From positions 75,587-139,586 of the forward strand of contig NIVC01001258.1 in assembly GCA_002269645.1 (NCBI GenBank): 64,000 nucleotides of DNA. The letters run 5' to 3'. A program made the translations under genes and the position numbers. This stretch comes from Macrostomum lignano. Its lineage: Eukaryota. The notes under the pieces are model-generated. The model did no database searches. It saw nothing but the letters and a program-made list of their open reading frames with translations, and was not told the DNA's origin. Positions 57,433 to 64,000 of the stretch are shown here, piece after piece (position 1 is the stretch's first letter; every line of letters begins with the position of its first letter).

Positions 57433-58550
57433 ATAAAGCTTTATACAGACCCAGACCAGTTTCCGTTCGTCAGTCAACCACAGCCACACGCCGTCCTCTC
57501 CCACCACTCGCAGTGTGCACTGACGTTTCTTTTATGCTGCCATTTCTTTTACATGGAGACATTTTTGGGCTATTTGAGAGATTTCACGATTCAAATATTT
57601 ATTTGTCTACTTTTCTCAGTAGTCTATATTTGACAGGCCTACTTAGTCTACTTTGACAGGCCTGCTGACGGTGATGCATCACTGAGATAGGAAGTTTTCG
57701 GCACTATGCCTCACAATACCCCCGGTTTCTCGACTTCCAAATTACCAACGGAACAAGCAATTTTTTGTCTCTAGTCTATTTTTGTCTCTTTTCTTCCCAG
57801 CGTGGAGTTTTCCCAGTTCTGCCCAAAAAGGAGGGGCGATGATTGTTAGTAGGCTTTTTCCATAGATATTTCCTTTGGCTGCTAGCGGGGGTCCAAAGCC
57901 CCACATTCTAACCACAGACAAAGTTGTGAGTGCACCTCGGATAAAATATACTTGTTCCGCTTGTAGTTCGGAAGACCAGAAAATGAGAGACATCGGGAAT
58001 TCAGTGCTAAAAAAACATAAATATTCCGAAATCTCGATAATCCATTTTCAGCGACTTTTTGCATGAATTGCAAATCTCCGTGAGAACAACTCCAACTGAA
58101 AAAGAAATCTAAATGCAAAAAAGCTTTTAATATCAAATATTACCTGATTTCAGAGATTCTTGGAAGTTTCAATCGAGAAGACTTGCTGCCAACTGCTTTC
58201 GAAATGCAAAAAATCGCAGCATTAACCCAATACTCGAAGTATATCATCTGTCTGTTCGGCTGAATAAATCAAAAACATCAACAGAAGAGTAAATAATAAA
58301 TGCTACATCATTGTAATTATACTTTTACCCAGACGCAATAACAAAATATTTTGGCCATTGTTTAGCAATTTGACGATCATTATTCACATTTTTAATGCAG
58401 AACAATCCATTACTACAAACAATGCATTGTCTGTAGGATCGTCAAACAGAAAAACAATGTAAAGAATCAGCGGTCGCAGCACGTGACAACGATTTGTCTA
58501 TGACTCGCGCCGCTGATTATTTATCCATTCTACCACAGTTTTGATGTGTA

Positions 58551-59284
58551 CCATAGACATTTGGATTGAAAAAATCATCGCACAGTATTTTTGTTAATAA
58601 ATACATAACAGCAAGGAGTAAATGAACAAAAAGGAAAAATCATTAAAACTAAAGTACCAGCTACACGAAAAGCGTTCATGATAAATGTCACAGCTAGTGC
58701 AGTTCAACAGTTTGTAGTCGAAATTTAACAATGTGAAAATCTATTTGTCACCCAAAGTGAAACATGCATAGTTCTCAAAGCCGCAGTTCCCAAAGATGCT
58801 CGACACTTAAGCCTAATGATTTAACACTGCAAAAGGAGTTGGTCTATTTTGAATGTTTTCTATAAAAGAGAAATACAGGTGCTCAAGTATAGATGCCGAA
58901 CTTACCATTTGAAAGATGCACGTCGTCTTGGTTGGCTTGCGACTGATAAGCTTCGTCTGATGAGCTTCTTTGGTAACGCAGTATCCAAGCTGGGATTCTT
59001 TGGGACTGTCGGGTGCTCGACTAAATCTATTGGCCGCTTTGAGGCATCGCTTATAGCCGACGAGGCGTTGAAGACTGCATGGTCGAGTTTTCTTCCTAGG
59101 TAGCGCCGCACGGTTCCTTCAGTCGTCGACAGGAAGATTTTTCCAATTGTTAAGCGCGGCTGTTTGACGAGATGCACCAGCCATGGTTGTTTGACAAGAC
59201 AAATAGCCTTTTCTCTTACTACTCGCTTTTCTGATTTCTTACAAGACGCAAGCGAAATCAGCACTCATCACAGTGTGTCTATGG
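58551..59284 (-). mobile_element. Possible DNA-transposon remnant bounded by CCATAGAC…GTCTATGG
   Basis: ORF 58902-59264 contains an HTH-like LTIGKIFLSTTEGTVRRYL. There is an 8-bp inverted terminal motif. No catalytic domain is seen. Confidence 0.3.
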
Positions 59285-59432
59285 TCAAACTAAGACACAC
59301 AACTCAGTGGTCTATGGGTAAAATAACTCTTAAAACTGCCAATTGAAGCTTGATAAAAAGTGTGGAATAATGACAGCGACAAAAGTGTGGAATAATGGCC
59401 GCGCGCTGAGTGAAAGTATAAGTACAATGCAC

Positions 59433-59532
59433 TTGTATAGTATGCAACTGAGTTGAATAATAGCCAAAACACGAGTGCGCGTAGCTCACGAGTGTCTATG
59501 GCCATTATTCAACTATGTTGCATACTATACAA
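59433..59532. other. DNA hairpin: 33-bp arms with 3 mismatches, 34-nt loop
   Basis: ttgtatagtatgcaactgagttgaataatagcc and ggccattattcaactatgttgcatactatacaa. The loop is related to that of the 7169-7252 hairpin. Confidence 0.88.
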
Positions 59533-59855
59533 TCTACCATTGTAAGTTTGTGAAGTTGTGGCTCGAACAAAACCGCATGAATGTGTTCGGTCATAGAGAT
59601 GATTTGCGAAAAGTCGGTCAACTAACGAGGTTCATTTTTAGTATATAGATGTCACTTAGTGGGAGATGATACTGGGGGGGGGAGTTTTTTGTTTTTATAT
59701 CTTTAAATAAAAGATGCAAAAACAATCAGTCGGATTTGTTTGAGCGAAAACTTCACAAGCTTAAAATTCGTTATTATTTGTTCGGCTTATCGGTATCGAG
59801 GATTCCAGTGCGGCAAGGACAGAGACCGAACCGGAGTCCGAGGTGACCGCTGTAC

Positions 59856-59879
59856 CAAGGACTACTTAAGTAGTCCTTG
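59856..59879. mobile_element. 24-bp perfect palindrome with 8-bp TSD (minimal hAT-like insertion)
   Basis: CGCTGTAC-[CAAGGACTACTTAAGTAGTCCTTG]-CGCTGTAC. Confidence 0.7.
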
Positions 59880-60748
59880 CGCTGTACACAGAAGATTTGT
59901 ACCGACCGAGCATCCGCTGGCCTTCGTGTGGCAACTCATCACTTTGCAGCTGCAACCAATTTTGTTGAATCCATTGCTGCTTCTTGAACTTAAATGAATG
60001 TAAATCTGGTTTAATCAAAGCATCTGCTTTCATACCAGTAGTTGTACTCTGCTTCATTTGGGTTTTTTATTTTACTACTACACTGTAGTTGCTCGTCCAA
60101 AAATAAAGTTACAGCTCGTTTCACAATGCTTGATAATCCAAGATTTTTTCTATTGGGTTTGGGTCACAAGTCGTAGAATTATTTGCGAGGTGAGTGCCAT
60201 CAAAATTGTCAAATATTGTATAAATACTCTCGTACACATGCGCGCTTATTCAGCCTTCCCCTACTGGTTGCCGGAGAGGCTGCATGAGCGTTTCTGATGA
60301 CAATTCTGATGATAGCCCCGTCAATAGCGCGCTGCAAGCACCTGTCGCTCAAAACGGTGCTGCTCTGTCTGCAGCTTCAGAATAAGAAGACCTTAGCGAT
60401 TTTTACATGGTAACTGAATCGAACTAGCTGCAAAAAAACTAAGACACTTCTTTTTGTGCTATGTACAGCTCAGAAGGTGCTTCAAGCACTTGCCTTCCCT
60501 GTCAAAAACTTGGCATTGACAGAAAAAGCACCCCACTTGTCAACAGTGAATCAATAAAAACATCGAAGTCATTGAAATTATTGCTTCTACTTGTCAGCAG
60601 GGATTTCACTTTTATCTTCAGAACCCTGTCATGCTCTGGTATATTTATGGACCTTTAAAAGATTCAATTCTGAAAACACATTCAGTGAATTTCGCTTAGA
60701 AAAGTCAGCTAGTCAACTATCTGACAGACTTCCATTGAAGCTTCCGGA

Positions 60749-61863
60749 TCAGCCAGGATAGAAAAAGCCATATGCTTCAATCTCGCAAATGGCAAACGCC
60801 TCGGCTTGCCGATTCAGAACTCGAACTCGATTGCCGAGCTGCCAGCAGCTGAGGTTCTTCACCAAGAATGGAGTCACAATGTTCACCTCGTGGCACACAA
60901 CTCCGTCAACCAGCAGCTGGAAGTCGTTCAAACGTTCAGGGCAGCAGTCCTGCCTGTTGTAGATGGTGACGGATACGACCATGGACTGCTGTGACAGCCG
61001 GCCCTCCCACCACTCAGAGCCGTGGTTGGTGGTGTGGCTGCAAGATCCGTCAAAATAATTTTGACGCTTGTCTCCATCGATAGCCCGGCTGCAAACGCCG
61101 CCTGATGAAGTGCTGCTTTGAGTGCAGTCTGTGAACATAATCTTCCTAATGCTTGTATCTGAAATTGTTGGCGTTTAATATGCTTTAATAACAACAACAA
61201 CAACAACACCATACGCCACAGAGGGGGAGGTGTTAGAACGCACGCATTTGTGCTGCACATCTCAAAAAGTCAGCTTCCCAAGTCAGAATCAGACCGGGGT
61301 TCGCGCATCCGTCAAAAGTCTCTGCGGAACCTGCCGTCCACAAAAGCTGGTCGTGTAACGGCTGGTGCAGCGACTTTCCGACGGGATGACGTGACGAGCG
61401 AGCCTGAGTCGCCTCCCGCGCAGCAGGCCAGAAGGCGGGCGCTGACATACAGCACGACGTTGAACTCGTAGCCAACATAAACAGCATATGCACTCGTAGA
61501 GTGCTCACAAGACTCATACCAGCGTAGTGACACCAGCCACAAGTTCCACTTACCTGGAGCATAGATATCGCAACGCCCGGTCGTGAGCAGTGTCCAGGAG
61601 TCCCTGTTGAAGAAGGCGGACACCGTGAAGAGCCGGCAGTCTCTAGCAAAGCTGAGCCAGCAGATGCCAAAGCAGCCAGACCTGGCTGAGCACAGTCCGG
61701 AGCAGTGGATCCGGCTGGCCGCCTTGTGCGAAGCGAAGCTCACTGGCGATGAGCTGCTGTCGCTTGAGTCGAGTCGGAACTCGTTTCTCTTCGAACTGGC
61801 CTGGCAGTCGGCGATGACGAGGGCCTGCAGGAGCAGAGCGGCAGTCAGCAGTTGAGATGCATT
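60749..61863 (-). CDS. Secreted PAN/apple-like plus F-type lectin protein, ~240 aa; exons 61863-61554, 61158-60749; no in-frame genomic ATG
   Basis: Signal-like ASQLLTAALLLQALVIADCQA. PAN-like IHCSGLCSARSGCFGIC…DCRLF. Phase-1 intron (CCA G|gtaagt … tttcag|AT). The F-type lectin domain carries the exact H-X26-R-X-D-X4-R fucose-binding motif (SHTTNH…YNRQDCCPER). Confidence 0.75.
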
Positions 61864-62518
61864 CTTTCAATATTTTTAGCTATTGGTAGTCTCGCAAGAA
61901 TTACTCGTAGAATTGCTAGCAACAACTTTCCACTGTGCAGATGTCTGTCCGTCATACTTCGTCAGGCTCGGAGAGACTTAAATAGTCGATAGGATCGATT
62001 GTGGCCTGACCAATCGCAGCCGCCTATTTTAATAGCCTCAATCGACAAGCCACTGTTTTCAATAACAATGAGCATAGTTGAGCGTTCATGCTCATTTGTA
62101 AATCCTTCCCCGCACGCTAGTACGTAATGCTTCAGTTTTGCAACTTTGAATCCCTTTTATGCTTTTGTTGTGACCCATTGTCTCTTGGAATCTTTTCAAT
62201 TTCTAGCTGGTATGCTCTATCGTTCCTGTCTTTAACTGCAGATGCCACCGCTTCCAGTTTACTCTGCCTGCGGTTCCTAGAGCGCCTGCAATGATTAAGG
62301 ATAGAGCTGCGAAGGTTTGACTTTTGACTTTTTTTGACAAAAGTAAAAAAACTGTCTGAATTTTCATCCGTGATGCTGCGTGACCGATTCCGACTTAATC
62401 ATTGAATTGTTAATTATTCGTTGAATACTCTTTCTACATAGGCTTGGTCCCTATGTTGTTCCACTCTGCCACAAAGCATTTTTGTATTGTCCCATGACTG
62501 AGCGTGCGTTTTTGGTTC

Positions 62519-63340
62519 AAAAAGCGTGCATTAATCTTACAGTCTATGGCCCAACCCTATGCGGCGTAGCCAAAAAAGCGTGCAGATAATGAAAAAAGCG
62601 TGCAGATAATGAAAAAGCGTGCAGATAATAGCGTACAGCGCCACAAAAAACAGCAGTTTGCAAGCAACGTTTATTAAAACAAAGGAGAAAAACACAGCAG
62701 AATTTAACACCGATGCACAGAAACAAAAAGTCAGCAGTAAAACAGATGACAGCAGAAAGGTCGACGAAGATCTTAGATGCGTCCAAACTTGCAGCCGGAG
62801 CATAGGAGCTGCTAGGAGCATACGGCTGGCCATCAGTCTTGCGAAGAGTGCCGTAAAAGTAGCGCAGGCCAACGCTCAGCTCCTCAGGTTGCGAGGTGTC
62901 CAAATCGACGCGCAGGTGCGGATACTTGGCCAAGAAATCGCGAAATTTCGCGACGTATTGGTCTCATGCTTCTTAGACGATTTGACATCGGTCTCTTGCT
63001 CCAGCGCCCGGATTATGCGTCAAGGTCGATCGAGGCCAAGTCGTCGTTTAAATCAGGGATGGAGTCGAATAGGCGGTTCAGCTCCTCGTTGTCGTCCACA
63101 CTAGTTGATTGGAGACGTAACTGCTCGTCCACAAGCTTCTCAACGTCGGCCCACTCCAAATGGTGGAGATCTCACCGGCCGTCATGCCGCTTCTCATGCC
63201 GTTATGGAAATAATGAATCCATATGTGGCCAAACTCACGATCAGAAGCTGTGCATAGCAAGAAATTGTCTATGGTCACTAGAAAATGTCTATGGTAGGAA
63301 CTCCTAGCTGCAGGAACAAAAAGCGTGCAGATAATAAAGT
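62519..63340 (-). mobile_element. Internally deleted and frameshifted Crypton-like element
   Basis: Acidic N-terminus (DDNEELNRLFDSIPDL…), then KFRDFLAKYPHL…PEELSVGLRYFYGTLRKTDGQPYAPSS, matching the L..FY…RK.DG..Y..SS motif of CryptonA/DUF3504 (ZMYM/KCTD1/QRICH1-related) proteins. Direct GTCTATGG repeats at 62542 and 63267/63287. aaaagcgtgcagataat is repeated at both ends. Confidence 0.65.
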
Positions 63341-63408
63341 ACAGTGCTGTGACGAAGAATTTTTTTCAACGCACGCTCAGTCATGGGACAATATGCCTAA
63401 TATTGGTT

Positions 63409-63796
63409 TTGTCAGCCTAACTGAGAATAAAGCCATCCAAAGTGAGAATCCTGCCTACGCTGACTGCGAAGGGCCTGGCTGCGTGCAGCCTTAGTCTATG
63501 GCATAGACAATAAAGGACAAGCAAAGTGATAAAAGCCATCCAATGTGAGAATCGATTGGTCTTTTAAAACTTTGCTTGTCCTTTATTGTCTATGGCCCAT
63601 AGACTAAGGCTGCACGCAGCCAGGCCCTTCGTATTCAGCGTAGGCAGGATTCTCACATTGGATGGCTTTTTATCACTTTGCTTGTCCTTTATTGTCTATG
63701 GCCCATAGACTAAGGCTGCACGCAGCCAGGCCCTTCGCAGTCAGCGTTAGGCAGGATTCTCACTTTGGATGGCTTTATTCTCAGTTAGGCTGACAA
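63409..63796. repeat. Foldback structure: ~93-bp near-perfect inverted arms enclosing CCATAGAC…GTCTATGG mini-units
   Basis: 63409-63501 equals the reverse complement of 63703-63796 apart from a 1-nt indel. Internal units are joined at gtctatgg-c-(c)catagac junctions. Confidence 0.88.
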
Positions 63797-64000
63797 CTTC
63801 GCGCACTCGAGCCAAGACTATTATCGCATCGAAAGCCTAGTATTGGTTTTTGCATGCTAAGTGAGACATTTTTCAAGCAATCTGAGACTGAATAGCAAAA
63901 ACACTATTGTCTATGGCCACCCCTCGCTGCAGCCCAGTTTTTTGGGATCGCCTTGCAAGCAAAGTGAGAAATTTTTAAAGCTAAGTGAGAACCATATTGA

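Noticed and set aside
27014-60312. Hammerhead ribozyme cores (CTGATGA at 27014, 58957, 60294, 60306)
   Set aside because: No stem II followed by GAAA could be built at any of these sites.
61250-61500. Possible degenerate C-type lectin exon inside the lectin intron (…FWPAAREA…LLWTAG…)
   Set aside because: It needs frameshifts and lacks the conserved cysteines. The flanking exons already join in phase without it.

Overview
Eukaryotic (animal) genomic DNA. GC-rich exons, repeat-filled introns and acceptors just upstream of start codons suggest a free-living flatworm such as Macrostomum; this is an inference, not proven. Gene models were built by hand from GT-AG sites and phase matching: ARF6 (+, 3 exons), a two-domain Ly6/uPAR protein (-), a tetraspanin (-, 5 exons), intronless RPS13 (-) and KDEL receptor (+), EHBP1-like (+), a compact GOLGA4-like GRIP golgin (-, 11 exons), an ankyrin-repeat plus Mab-21/cGAS-like nucleotidyltransferase (+, one frameshift), and a PAN/apple plus F-type lectin (-). 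Most long ORFs in the supplied track are artefacts of intronic minisatellites; nearly every intron over ~250 nt carries its own tandem repeat. Mobile DNA includes a decayed LINE, a Penelope-like fragment, a deleted Tc1/IS630-like element, two hAT-type insertions with 8-bp TSDs, and two internally deleted Crypton-like (tyrosine-recombinase) elements. The Crypton-like elements lie in clusters of GTCTATGG motifs with conserved-loop hairpins. There is also a stray 28S rRNA fragment and a probable unannotated spliced transcript linking RPS13 to the tetraspanin. The strongest candidates for new biology are the ANK-cGLR immune receptor and the Crypton/TATGG hairpin system.
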